Part shown: positions 14,975 to 23,160 of the stretch, one piece after another
Layout of the letters: every line of letters starts with the position of its first letter
How positions within the stretch are numbered: the stretch's first letter is position 1
Source: an uncultured virus (IMG/VR IMGVR_UViG_3300030116_005269)
Taxonomy: Duplodnaviria > Heunggongvirae > Uroviricota > Caudoviricetes
Direction: 5' to 3' (one strand)
IMG/VR virus record: IMGVR_UViG_3300030116_005269
Coordinates: 62,001-85,160 of that record
Length of the DNA: 23,160 nucleotides
Position numbers and translations under genes: made by a program
The notes under the pieces: generated by a model
The model's database searches: none
What the model was told of the DNA's origin: nothing
The model's input: only the letters and a program-made list of their open reading frames with translations

Positions 14975-15440
14975 TACCTAATTCTTTTAACAAATCCTCT
15001 GCCGTGTTTATGTCTTCAAACTTTGCTTCGTAATATCCAAATGCGTCAAGAATTTTATTAAATTCTACAGTTAAGCCGTCGTCCTCAACCTCTTGTTTGA
15101 TTCTTTGTATTTGATCATCGTCTTCGGGTAGTTCATTAAACATTGTTGCATACTCTACTAAGTGAGGATTACGAGTATCGATAACTAAACCTGTTCTTTT
15201 ACCATTAGCTTTGTCTTGCATAAACTTTTCATACCAATCAAAATTATTATCTTCAAGAACATTGAACATACTTAAACTTTGCAAAAACATTTTAAAACCG
15301 TCTAAAGCTATTTGCATACCTTTACTTCTTATAATTTGATCGAGTATGTCCTCGTCGTATTCTAAATCATCTTGCAACGGATCATAATCTTCATTGCTAT
15401 CGTCACTTTCAAATTCAAACGCTTCGTTTGGGTCAAACAT
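14967..15440 (-). CDS. Acidic hypothetical protein
   Basis: 157-aa ORF, RBS GAGGA. Confidence 0.8.
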   Translation of the reverse strand: MFDPNEAFEFESDDSNEDYDPLQDDLEYDEDILDQIIRSKGMQIALDGFKMFLQSLSMFNVLEDNNFDWYEKFMQDKANGKRTGLVIDTRNPHLVEYATMFNELPEDDDQIQRIKQEVEDDGLTVEFNKILDAFGYYEAKFEDINTAEDLLKELGNE

Positions 15441-15603
15441 TTAATCCTCTTTCTTTCCAACAATTATCGCAAAAATTTGTGTTATGTGTTTTACCACAAA
15501 AAACACACTTTCCTTTATTAAACCTAGACTTTAGCTTACCTTTGCTTATAAGCTCGTCATACCACTCGTCTGTACCGACTCGGGCTTTAGTTTTGTATGA
15601 CAT
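15433..15603 (-). CDS. Small zinc-finger-like protein (56 aa)
   Basis: Hand translation MSYKTKARVG...CVFCGK...FCDNCW; fills an operon gap. Confidence 0.65.
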   Translation of the reverse strand: MSYKTKARVGTDEWYDELISKGKLKSRFNKGKCVFCGKTHNTNFCDNCWKERGLNV

Positions 15604-15619
15604 ATATTCATACTACTAC

Positions 15620-15742
15620 TTATTTTAAAAAATTTTTAACTCTTATCTCAATACCAGCATCTAATTTTTTCCACATATCATCAACTTGTGCTGAATACCA
15701 ATCGTTTCTTTTTTTTCTTTTTATAAACATTTTTAATATCAT
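15620..15742 (-). CDS. Small hypothetical protein (40 aa)
   Basis: TAATG overlap with the upstream gene, RBS AGGAG. Confidence 0.55.
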   Translation of the reverse strand: MILKMFIKRKKRNDWYSAQVDDMWKKLDAGIEIRVKNFLK

Positions 15743-15927
15743 TAATCGTCTCCTACAAAATTTGGATTACCTTTATAGTCCCCCAAATATTTTTTTTCGT
15801 ATAGATCTTCCATTGTTAAATAAACTCTTTTAGAAGTATCTAAAACTAAAACTATACCTTTTTTTACTAGCCACCTATAAGGAGCAGTAAACAATCTTTG
15901 TTCTAATTGTTTAAGTTTCTCTATCAT
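15742..15927 (-). CDS. Small hypothetical protein
   Basis: Likely start ATG 15927 (MIEKLK). Confidence 0.6.
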   Translation of the reverse strand: MIEKLKQLEQRLFTAPYRWLVKKGIVLVLDTSKRVYLTMEDLYEKKYLGDYKGNPNFVGDD

Positions 15928-16011
15928 TTTCAAACCACTCTTTTGGGAAACCCTCTTTTCTTTTAAGTCTTTCCCACCTCCATAGTTCAAACCAATATTT
16001 GATCCTTAGAA

Positions 16012-16551
16012 TTAATAACTCAATTCTCTTTGCCATCTATTCCTCCAATCGCTTTCATTTTCCCAACACCACTTACTACTATTCCAATCACGCCATTGTG
16101 TTCTGCCGTAAATATCTTCGGCAAGAATTGACGCCATGAGTATATTGTAATATGGGGTAAATTGGACTTTTGTTTGTTCAAACCCAATATCGTGTTTGTA
16201 AGTTTTGTTTTCCGTGTATGGTCGTCCCCAACGCATGATTACCCACTCGTCCCACATTGGTAGATCATACTCTTCGGCTACCCAATTCCATGTCCAAGAC
16301 ACAAATTGCATAACACCTGAGTCGCCGTTGTCTTTACGATAAGCAACAGATTTACCTCTGCTCTCACACCAACCTATGCGAACTGCCGTGTCAATATTTT
16401 CTTTATCGAAATGCTCTACATATAAGTCTGCATATTGTTGCATTGACTCGGGAACATATTGGTTGCATTGTAAGTGATTGCTAATTACTTTTGACTCGTC
16501 AAAACCAAGTGGTAAGACACTAGCCAAAAATATCATACACTCGGCAATCAT
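16012..16551 (-). CDS. Lytic transglycosylase (SLT/lysozyme-like) domain protein
   Basis: Catalytic motif CES, SGVMQF...TW, C-terminal W..W; hydrophobic N-terminus. Confidence 0.8.
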   Translation of the reverse strand: MIAECMIFLASVLPLGFDESKVISNHLQCNQYVPESMQQYADLYVEHFDKENIDTAVRIGWCESRGKSVAYRKDNGDSGVMQFVSWTWNWVAEEYDLPMWDEWVIMRWGRPYTENKTYKHDIGFEQTKVQFTPYYNILMASILAEDIYGRTQWRDWNSSKWCWENESDWRNRWQRELSY

Positions 16552-16558
16552 ACCTTTA

Positions 16559-17080
16559 TTATACTCGTCTTTCCCCGTCGCCTAGATTTATAGCCCACTT
16601 TGGAGCATTACCTAAGTTTGTATCGATAACTTGTAGCTTTGGCTCACTATCCCACTCTTTATGTGTAAAAGTATCTCTTGCTAATTCTTTATCCATACCT
16701 TTTTTGTTAGCAACGGCGTCAAGACCTCTAAGTTTTGGTACAAAAGTATTACCTACTATTGCAATCAAATTGTCTAAAGCGTCGTCACTTAACTCTTTGT
16801 TTGTCGCCCATTGTAAAAGTTTGCGAACATCTTGGCTTGTAGTCTTATAACCTTTACTAAAATTAAAAACTTTATCGCCGATCTTTAATGCTCCTTTTTC
16901 CTCTACATCGTTAGCCATTTTATTATCTACAAATTTATTAATTTTTGTAGTGCTATCTTTTGCTTCAAGACTTATACCTCTTGCTACAAATAATTCTTTT
17001 GGCTCTTGTATGGCTTGTAGTTCCGTGTTTGACAGATCCTCTTCGCCACTTTTAGCAATATCCCAAATCAAATCTCTCAT
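16559..17080 (-). CDS. Hypothetical protein
   Basis: 173-aa ORF in the operon. Confidence 0.8.
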   Translation of the reverse strand: MRDLIWDIAKSGEEDLSNTELQAIQEPKELFVARGISLEAKDSTTKINKFVDNKMANDVEEKGALKIGDKVFNFSKGYKTTSQDVRKLLQWATNKELSDDALDNLIAIVGNTFVPKLRGLDAVANKKGMDKELARDTFTHKEWDSEPKLQVIDTNLGNAPKWAINLGDGERRV

Positions 17081-17220
17081 TGTTCTTTGACACCTGCTAT
17101 ATCTAAGTTCAATGAATAATGGCTTGACTTCATAGTTTCCTCAACACCTTTTATTGCATTTTCCTCACTATTTGCTAATACAGTTTTATGTCCATTTATG
17201 AATACTTTGTATTGTTTCAT
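17077..17220 (-). CDS. Small hypothetical protein (47 aa, MKQYKVFINGHK...)
   Basis: ATGA overlaps on both sides. Confidence 0.7.
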   Translation of the reverse strand: MKQYKVFINGHKTVLANSEENAIKGVEETMKSSHYSLNLDIAGVKEQ

Positions 17221-17477
17221 TGGAAGACCTTTCGTGTATGCCAATGTCTTTTATCTAACTTAGGGAGCATTGGTCTTATGCTAACTAATTTCATAGTATC
17301 GCAACCGTCCCACTTCATATTATTTTCGCAATAATAGTCAGCTATTGACTTCCTATTGCCCTCAAATGTATAAACGGTAATTAGATCACTATCTTTACTA
17401 TTCCAATAATGATAAGTAAATTTAAACCAAATGACTCTCTTACCATTTATACGCCAATTTAATATTTTCTTTTTCAT
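17217..17477 (-). CDS. Hypothetical protein
   Basis: 86-aa coupled ORF. Confidence 0.7.
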   Translation of the reverse strand: MKKKILNWRINGKRVIWFKFTYHYWNSKDSDLITVYTFEGNRKSIADYYCENNMKWDGCDTMKLVSIRPMLPKLDKRHWHTRKVFQ

Positions 17478-17641
17478 TACTCTCTACCTATTAAGAGAAC
17501 TTCAAAATCGTTTTGATCTCGTCGTTCATCAACTTCCTCAACCCAAAAGTTAGGATCGCCGTTGTCAATTTCCTCGACAACACGAACACTAGCGTTTGGA
17601 TTGCACTTGCTTAATTGTTTAATTAAGTCTTTAACTTTCAT
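17477..17641 (-). CDS. Small phage protein (MKVKDLIKQL type)
   Basis: ATG 17641 after AAAGGA; common phage N-terminus M.V.ELI..L. Confidence 0.7.
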   Translation of the reverse strand: MKVKDLIKQLSKCNPNASVRVVEEIDNGDPNFWVEEVDERRDQNDFEVLLIGRE

Positions 17642-17843
17642 TGTTTCCTTTCCAACAATCATTACAAATGTTTTGTCCTGCGAACAAACCTTTTATTTGT
17701 AAAAAATGTTTATGCTCAAAATGAATCATTGAGCCACACGCATAGCAATTATGAAACCAACCACAACCTTTGTGCTTGACAAAGAAATCCTTACGACCTA
17801 GATCGTTTTTTCTTTCAATTACTTTTGTGTTTTTTATGTCCAT
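17631..17843 (-). CDS. Small Cys/His-rich protein
   Basis: CYAC and CNDC; coupled ORF. Confidence 0.7.
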   Translation of the reverse strand: MDIKNTKVIERKNDLGRKDFFVKHKGCGWFHNCYACGSMIHFEHKHFLQIKGLFAGQNICNDCWKGNNES

Positions 17844-18334
17844 TACTCACTTCCAAAATAGTCAACAAACTCTTCTTTTGCAATTTGTTCACCAACTATC
17901 CAACGATTAGCCATACCATATTCTAAATCTTTGATATAGCCGTGTGAGTCACTTACAAACTCGTCAATCGCAAATTGTGTAAGCTCGTCACGATTTTTAC
18001 CTTTAGACGCAACCCTAAAAGTAAATTCCATCATAAATGCTTTATCCTCTTCGGGTTGTTTCATTGCACGATCAAATGCTCCATTGTAAGTGTCGCCGTC
18101 TTGCACTTGGTCTAAGTCAATAGTTGCAACTTGGTTTAAGTCCCAATGTTTTTCTAATTCCTCAAACTTAGTTGCAGTTTCCTCAGCAATCTCTTCGTCG
18201 TCAAAATTACCACTTTCATTCAACCAATTATTGTGAGCTTTTATAAGAGATGACTTAGTACCTGTTTCATAGACACATCTTTCCCCTGCGTTTCCGTAGT
18301 GGATTAATTCCCATATTTCTAATTGTTGACTCAT
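17843..18334 (-). CDS. Acidic hypothetical protein
   Basis: 163-aa ORF, RBS GGAGG. Confidence 0.8.
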   Translation of the reverse strand: MSQQLEIWELIHYGNAGERCVYETGTKSSLIKAHNNWLNESGNFDDEEIAEETATKFEELEKHWDLNQVATIDLDQVQDGDTYNGAFDRAMKQPEEDKAFMMEFTFRVASKGKNRDELTQFAIDEFVSDSHGYIKDLEYGMANRWIVGEQIAKEEFVDYFGSE

Positions 18335-18711
18335 GCACCCTCCATAACTTCTTCATTAGCAAGTAAATGCTTTTGATTTTGTTTAAGAAGATCAAACATT
18401 GATCTGCTATTGTGAGCAATTAGGTTTACACCCGTTGAGTACTCAGCGAAAAAATACACATTGTCGTCGCTATCGTCGGTATGAAAACCGAATATACAAT
18501 ATGTATCTAATTTTATTTTTGTTAAATCCATATCAACATCATCGTAGTAGCCATTTATTAGCCAATAAGATTCAGCGATATGTCCTGCTTTTTCAAAGTG
18601 AACACAACCACCACCACTACCATAGATACCGATGTCATTGCGTTCATTTAAGTCTTTTACGGCAGGGTCTAAAGCTTTAGACTCTTTGTCGTAAATAGGT
18701 TGTTTTTTCAT
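18331..18711 (-). CDS. Hypothetical protein, first gene of the leftward operon
   Basis: Start moved to ATG 18711 (MKKQPIY) after AAAGGA; SGGGCVH motif. Confidence 0.75.
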   Translation of the reverse strand: MKKQPIYDKESKALDPAVKDLNERNDIGIYGSGGGCVHFEKAGHIAESYWLINGYYDDVDMDLTKIKLDTYCIFGFHTDDSDDNVYFFAEYSTGVNLIAHNSRSMFDLLKQNQKHLLANEEVMEGA

Positions 18712-18825
18712 ATTTTTCCTTTGTTCTATACTTAGTGCTAAATAACTGCCTATGGGTAGTTGCCTAACACATAAGGGTAGTATATAATGTATATGAGAAA
18801 TAGGCAAGTATTGGAGGAAGAAAAA
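18712..18825. promoter_or_regulatory. Divergent promoter region
   Basis: Rightward TTGCCT-17-TATAAT (18760-18788); TGCCTA half-sites at 18747, 18761 and inverted at 18801; AAGTA leader on both strands. Confidence 0.65.
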
Positions 18826-19056
18826 ATGCCAAATAAACCAAATGAATGGGAAAGTCCCGATCAACCATTGGGCGTACAAGAGATAGCAGATCTTCTTGGA
18901 TATTCAAGAACAACTGTATCAAGTTGGCGTCAACGCAAACAATTTCCACAACCAGACGCAGTTGTTTCTGGTGGAAATGTAGCACTATGGAAAAAGTCTA
19001 GTGTAATTACTTGGGCTAATGCTACGGGAAGAAACAAGTTAAAAGTATCTTGTTAA
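18826..19056 (+). CDS. AlpA/excisionase-like winged HTH regulator
   Basis: LGVQEIADLLGYSRTTVSSWRQRKQFPQPD...LWKKSSV.TWA; RBS GGAGG. Confidence 0.85.
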   Translation: MPNKPNEWESPDQPLGVQEIADLLGYSRTTVSSWRQRKQFPQPDAVVSGGNVALWKKSSVITWANATGRNKLKVSC

Positions 19057-19159
19057 AAAAGTGTCGTACATTAAAACTAATATTAAGGACGCAATGGACA
19101 CCGTCTTTGGTCAACATGGTTGGCGAGATGTTAGTTATAGATTAGGAGAGAATAATCAA

Positions 19160-19975
19160 ATGAGCGAAAGCAATGAAATTGTCGTTGAAGAGGTTGTCAA
19201 AGTAGATGACCAAACCACCGACATACAAGTAGTAGAGGAATCAAATACATTAACTCAAAATATATTTGGTACAACAAATCCTGCTGACTTTGTTAAGAAG
19301 TCACAAGAGTATGCTAAAGCACTTGTTGATGTAGTTGAAAATCAACAACTCTACGCAAATATACAGAATAAAAAATATGTGACCTTTGAGGGTTGGCAGT
19401 TCTTGGGATCAATGCTCCCGACAGCAATAACACCTCAAACTGAATATGTTAATGAAATAAAAGACGAGAATACAGGGGAGATCTTAGGATTTAAAGCTCG
19501 TGTTCTTGCTCTTGATGTAAACGGTAATCAAAGAGGGGCTAGTGAATCAGTATGTATGTATGCTGAAAGAAATTGGGCAGGTAAAGATGCAAACCATCTT
19601 ATGTCTATGGCACAAACTCGTGCTAGTTCTAAGGCGTTGCGTATGGCTTTATCCTCAATAGTTAAACTTGCAGGGTACGAGCCAACACCAAAAGAAGAGA
19701 TGGACGGTATTGATAGCACAAATAATTTTGCTAAAACACAAACACCAACTCAACCTGCACCGACTCAACCTGTAGCACAACAAAGTGACACGAGTGATAT
19801 AAAAGCGAGTCCAAACAAAGCAGGAAGTGAAGCACAATTAAGGTGGGTTAAAAGTTTAATCAACTCTAATAGTGAGAGCGACTATGCAAATGATGTTGAA
19901 TTGCTAAAACAAATAGCCGACGGATCAATATCAAGTGCAAAGTGTGACGAGATTATCAAAGCGTTAAGAAAATAA
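19160..19975 (+). CDS. Putative single-strand annealing/recombination protein
   Basis: ATG 19160 after AGGAG; KKYVTFEGWQ and SMAQTRASSKALR helix, Pro/Gln linker, small C-terminal SEAQL domain; family not resolved. Confidence 0.5.
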   Translation: MSESNEIVVEEVVKVDDQTTDIQVVEESNTLTQNIFGTTNPADFVKKSQEYAKALVDVVENQQLYANIQNKKYVTFEGWQFLGSMLPTAITPQTEYVNEIKDENTGEILGFKARVLALDVNGNQRGASESVCMYAERNWAGKDANHLMSMAQTRASSKALRMALSSIVKLAGYEPTPKEEMDGIDSTNNFAKTQTPTQPAPTQPVAQQSDTSDIKASPNKAGSEAQLRWVKSLINSNSESDYANDVELLKQIADGSISSAKCDEIIKALRK

Positions 19976-19976
19976 A

Positions 19977-20519
19977 ATGGTCGGCTCAAACGATAGCTTT
20001 GAGCAACGAAATGTAAATAATAAAGTTGATCGTGCTGATCAAAGTATGATCAACTATTTACATAGTAGAAACTTTGTAGCTAATAAAGAATTAAACGAGC
20101 TAACCGATGAACAACAGGGTAGCTACGCTAAAACAGGGTTTGACCCCAAGACTAATTACTTACCAAGATATTGGGACTATGTTGATTTATGGGAAATACC
20201 CGATTACATAATTGTCCCAAAGTTATCACACAAAACATTTTTTAGTGAAGTAAAAGGAACTAATAAGTTTAAGTTAAGTGACTTTGAGGGCATGACTCGT
20301 CTATATAATGATGTTCAACATTTAAACGACACTATTAAATATAGAAAAAGATATATTGAAGTTGGAGTATTTTTGTTTTTAACTAGAGAAGATCAACCGA
20401 CTAAATATTTAGATTATGAAGATTTAAAGCTAATGTGGGATAGTATCGACGAATTAAAAAGTTATCCCGAAAAAGATAAAGACGGAAATACAAAACACTA
20501 TAAGGAATTAAAAATATGA
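19977..20519 (+). CDS. PD-(D/E)XK nuclease-fold protein
   Basis: IPDYII...FFSEVKG. Confidence 0.55.
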   Translation: MVGSNDSFEQRNVNNKVDRADQSMINYLHSRNFVANKELNELTDEQQGSYAKTGFDPKTNYLPRYWDYVDLWEIPDYIIVPKLSHKTFFSEVKGTNKFKLSDFEGMTRLYNDVQHLNDTIKYRKRYIEVGVFLFLTREDQPTKYLDYEDLKLMWDSIDELKSYPEKDKDGNTKHYKELKI

Positions 20520-21250
20520 TTATAAATGCTGATTGTTTTGAAATATTACCTGATATACCCGACGAGTCTATACAACTTATTTATAGTGACTTACCGTATA
20601 ACGAAACGGGTAATAAGTGGGACAAAGACATAATTGATCTTGATCTGTTGTTTAAAGAGTATTTAAGAATACTTAAACCCGACGGAACTATTGCAATGCA
20701 CTCAACTATGAGATTTGCAAACAAATTGATCAATACTGTTCCCGAGTACTACAAGTATGAATGGGTTTGGGAAAAAGATAATGGTACAAACTTTGTAAGC
20801 TCCAAGTATCAACCTCTTCGAGTACACGAATTTATTTTAATATTTACTAAGGCAAGAGTGACTTATGGAAAGACTCTTGGCGTAAAGTACAACCCACAAA
20901 TGACAAAAGGTAAGCCGTATAGTCAAGTTTCGGGTAAAAGTAGTGAGAATTGGAAAGGTAAACCACTTAAAAATGTTCGTACACACAATCCTACGGGCGA
21001 TAGACACCCAAGAACTGTAAAATTTTTTAAAAGAGATACCCCAAAAGTTCACCCGACACAAAAACCCGTAGCTTTAGCAGAGTTAATTGTTAATAGTTAT
21101 ACTGATAAAGGTGACATAGTTTTTGATAGTTTTATGGGTAGTGGGACAATAGGAGTAGCAACAAAGAAAAATAAGCGTAAGTTCTTAGGTATAGAGTGGA
21201 ACTTAGATTATTTTAACATTGCAAAAGAAAGGTTGAATGGGACTTTATAA
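20516..21250 (+). CDS. N4/N6 DNA methyltransferase (beta order) 1
   Basis: DLPY, HPTQKP, DSFMGSGT. Confidence 0.92.
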   Translation: MIINADCFEILPDIPDESIQLIYSDLPYNETGNKWDKDIIDLDLLFKEYLRILKPDGTIAMHSTMRFANKLINTVPEYYKYEWVWEKDNGTNFVSSKYQPLRVHEFILIFTKARVTYGKTLGVKYNPQMTKGKPYSQVSGKSSENWKGKPLKNVRTHNPTGDRHPRTVKFFKRDTPKVHPTQKPVALAELIVNSYTDKGDIVFDSFMGSGTIGVATKKNKRKFLGIEWNLDYFNIAKERLNGTL

Positions 21251-21992
21251 CGGGGATTGTTTTGATTATTTCAAAACTCTTGATAGTGAATCTATCGATT
21301 TAGTATTTACTGACTTACCTTATGGTACGACAAATTGTAAATGGGACACAATTATTGACTTAGATTTAATGTGGTCGGAGCTTGATCGGTTAGTAAAAGA
21401 TAACACACCGATACTTTTTACGGCGTCACAACCATTTACAAGTACGCTAGTAAGTTCTAACTTTGAATGGTTTAGACACGAGTGGATTTATCAAAAGATT
21501 GCAGGTAGCAACTTTGCACAAGCTAAGTATCAACCAATGAAAGAACACGAATCAGTTTTAGTATTTGGTAGAAAAAAACCTAATTATTACCCGATCAAAG
21601 AAGAACGACGAGGATCTGGAAGTCAAAGAGCCAAATACAAATATAGCGACAAATCGAGAAAAGCCGTTGGTGAGTTTATTAGTTCGGGTATAAACGAGGG
21701 TACTTACAACCCTGATAAAGATTCAGGTAATGAAAAGCTTAGATACCCAAGCTCCGTACAACTATTTAACAATCGGGCTAAAGGAGATCGAGGACTACAC
21801 CCTACACAAAAACCACTAGCAATGGCCGAGTATTTTATTAAAACATATTCGCAAGAGTTAGATAATGTTTTAGATTTTACTTTTGGAAGTGGCACTACTG
21901 CTTTAGCTTGTTTGAATCTAAATAGATATTTTTATGGAAGTGAAACCGACAAAGAATATTATGATATAGCAGTTGAAAGATTATGGAATTAA
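21237..21992 (+). CDS. N4/N6 DNA methyltransferase (beta order) 2
   Basis: DLPY, HPTQKP, DFTFGSGTT. Confidence 0.92.
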   Translation: MGLYNGDCFDYFKTLDSESIDLVFTDLPYGTTNCKWDTIIDLDLMWSELDRLVKDNTPILFTASQPFTSTLVSSNFEWFRHEWIYQKIAGSNFAQAKYQPMKEHESVLVFGRKKPNYYPIKEERRGSGSQRAKYKYSDKSRKAVGEFISSGINEGTYNPDKDSGNEKLRYPSSVQLFNNRAKGDRGLHPTQKPLAMAEYFIKTYSQELDNVLDFTFGSGTTALACLNLNRYFYGSETDKEYYDIAVERLWN

Positions 21993-22885
21993 ATTTAATT
22001 AACAAAGATGTTTTTAAAGGATTGAAAGATTGTGAGTCTAAATCCGTCGATATGGTTTTACTTGACCCACCTTACTATCGTGTAGTTGATCAAACTTGGG
22101 ACAAGCAATGGTTTACTTTTGATGAATATAGAGAGTGGTTTATCTATTTTTTAAATGACTTAGACAAAGTTGTTAAGCAATCAGCTACTTGTTGGGTATT
22201 CGGTATGCCTTATCAATTAGCAAAACTTTTACCAGACTTTGAATACTATGGTTGGACATTCAAGCAACAAATTGTCATTGATAAAGGTTTAAAGAGTGTG
22301 GCAGGAAGATCTGGTGAGTCTTTAAAACAATTTCCTACTGCTACCGAGCATATTTATATGTTTTTCAAAGAGAGCCGACCGATAATTAGAAATATATTAC
22401 AACATGAGAGAAAAGTTATGGGTATGAGTGGCGTAGAAGTAAATAAACATTTAGGTAAAGCGACAAGTGGAGGTGGTACATTTAGCACGATTGCTTCAAC
22501 CAAAAAGCCACTAGAGTATTTAAACTACCCAACAAGAAAAGATTGGGTCAAGCTACAAGAAATCTTTGATCTTCCCGAGTATGACGATTTAGTTTACACA
22601 TTTAATTCTTTTTCAGGTTTTACTGATGTTTGGAATGATTTTGATTTTTACAAAATTAAAAACAAAATACATCCGACGCAAAAGCCCGTTGAACTTTATG
22701 AACGAATCATAAGAACAGGACGAGCCGATCAAGTCGTGTTAGATTGTTTTTTGGGTAGTGGATCTTCTTTGATAGCAAGTCAAAATCTTGAAGTTAGCAA
22801 GTTTATAGGTATCGAAATAGATGAAACTATGATAAATAAAGCAAAGGACAGATTCACCCTGCATATCACCGATTTGCAATCCTAA
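21983..22885 (+). CDS. N4/N6 DNA methyltransferase (beta order) 3
   Basis: DPPY, HPTQKP, DCFLGSGSS; longer central insertion. Confidence 0.92.
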   Translation: MELNLINKDVFKGLKDCESKSVDMVLLDPPYYRVVDQTWDKQWFTFDEYREWFIYFLNDLDKVVKQSATCWVFGMPYQLAKLLPDFEYYGWTFKQQIVIDKGLKSVAGRSGESLKQFPTATEHIYMFFKESRPIIRNILQHERKVMGMSGVEVNKHLGKATSGGGTFSTIASTKKPLEYLNYPTRKDWVKLQEIFDLPEYDDLVYTFNSFSGFTDVWNDFDFYKIKNKIHPTQKPVELYERIIRTGRADQVVLDCFLGSGSSLIASQNLEVSKFIGIEIDETMINKAKDRFTLHITDLQS

Positions 22886-22902
22886 CTCTTTTCTGCTAAA
22901 CT
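22874..22902 (+). promoter_or_regulatory. Putative promoter
   Basis: TTGCAA-17-TAAACT with extended TG. Confidence 0.6.
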
Positions 22903-22927
22903 TAAAAAGAGAGAGAAAGGAGACACA

Positions 22928-23160
22928 TTGGCGAAACCTCGTTTAGTGCAATTTACCTGTGCAGGTAGTCGTTGGGACGAAAATGATTGTGATGAAAAAA
23001 CAGTAATCAACATGAATGACCCTGACGAAGCCAAGACGGTAGATAACGGGTATGGACGAAACTTCTATACTTGTGAGTCGTGTAAGGAGATCATTGATCT
23101 CAAAGTTAAGTTAATGGAACAAAAAGCACAAAAGTTGTTTTTAGAAATATTTAACAAATA
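22928..23160 (+). CDS. Partial hypothetical protein (runs off the window)
   Basis: TTG start after AAAGGAG; open frame MAKPRLVQFTC...CESC. Confidence 0.65.
   Translation, partial: MAKPRLVQFTCAGSRWDENDCDEKTVINMNDPDEAKTVDNGYGRNFYTCESCKEIIDLKVKLMEQKAQKLFLEIFNK

Noticed and set aside
62..21895. Antisense or nested ORF-track entries (62, 730, 1162, 1618, 3012, 3454, 5206, 6430, 7540, 8595, 8973, 15428, 15597, 18399, 18764, 19528, 19655, 20837, 21704)
   Set aside because: They overlap better-supported genes on the opposite strand or lie in regulatory DNA, and show no RBS or recognisable motif.

Overview
Low-GC tailed-phage genome segment; no integrase, rRNA or CRISPR is visible. SSB, AlpA-like and SLT protein styles suggest a low-GC actinobacterial host (inference only). 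From left to right: (1) a terminase small subunit-like gene and a ~600-bp non-coding region that may hold the packaging terminus. (2) A ~9.5-kb array (about 1.2-10.8 kb) of roughly nine self-contained modules, each with promoter, 1-3 accessory genes and an intrinsic terminator, in mixed orientations. Most junctions carry a conserved bipartite 24-bp motif, CATTA-N6-ATTYTCAATCYCG, and modules differ sharply in trinucleotide usage. (3) A ~400-bp structured non-coding island with a 76-nt RNA that looks like the tRNA-like domain of tmRNA with no mRNA-like domain. (4) A leftward replication/early operon: ParB-like protein, SSB, helicase-loader-like protein, replication initiator, two paralogous resolvase-like nucleases, a transglycosylase and many small ORFs. 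(5) A divergent rightward operon: AlpA/Xis HTH, putative annealing protein, PD-(D/E)XK nuclease and three tandem N4/N6 DNA methyltransferases. All counts and alignments were made by eye; no database searches were run.
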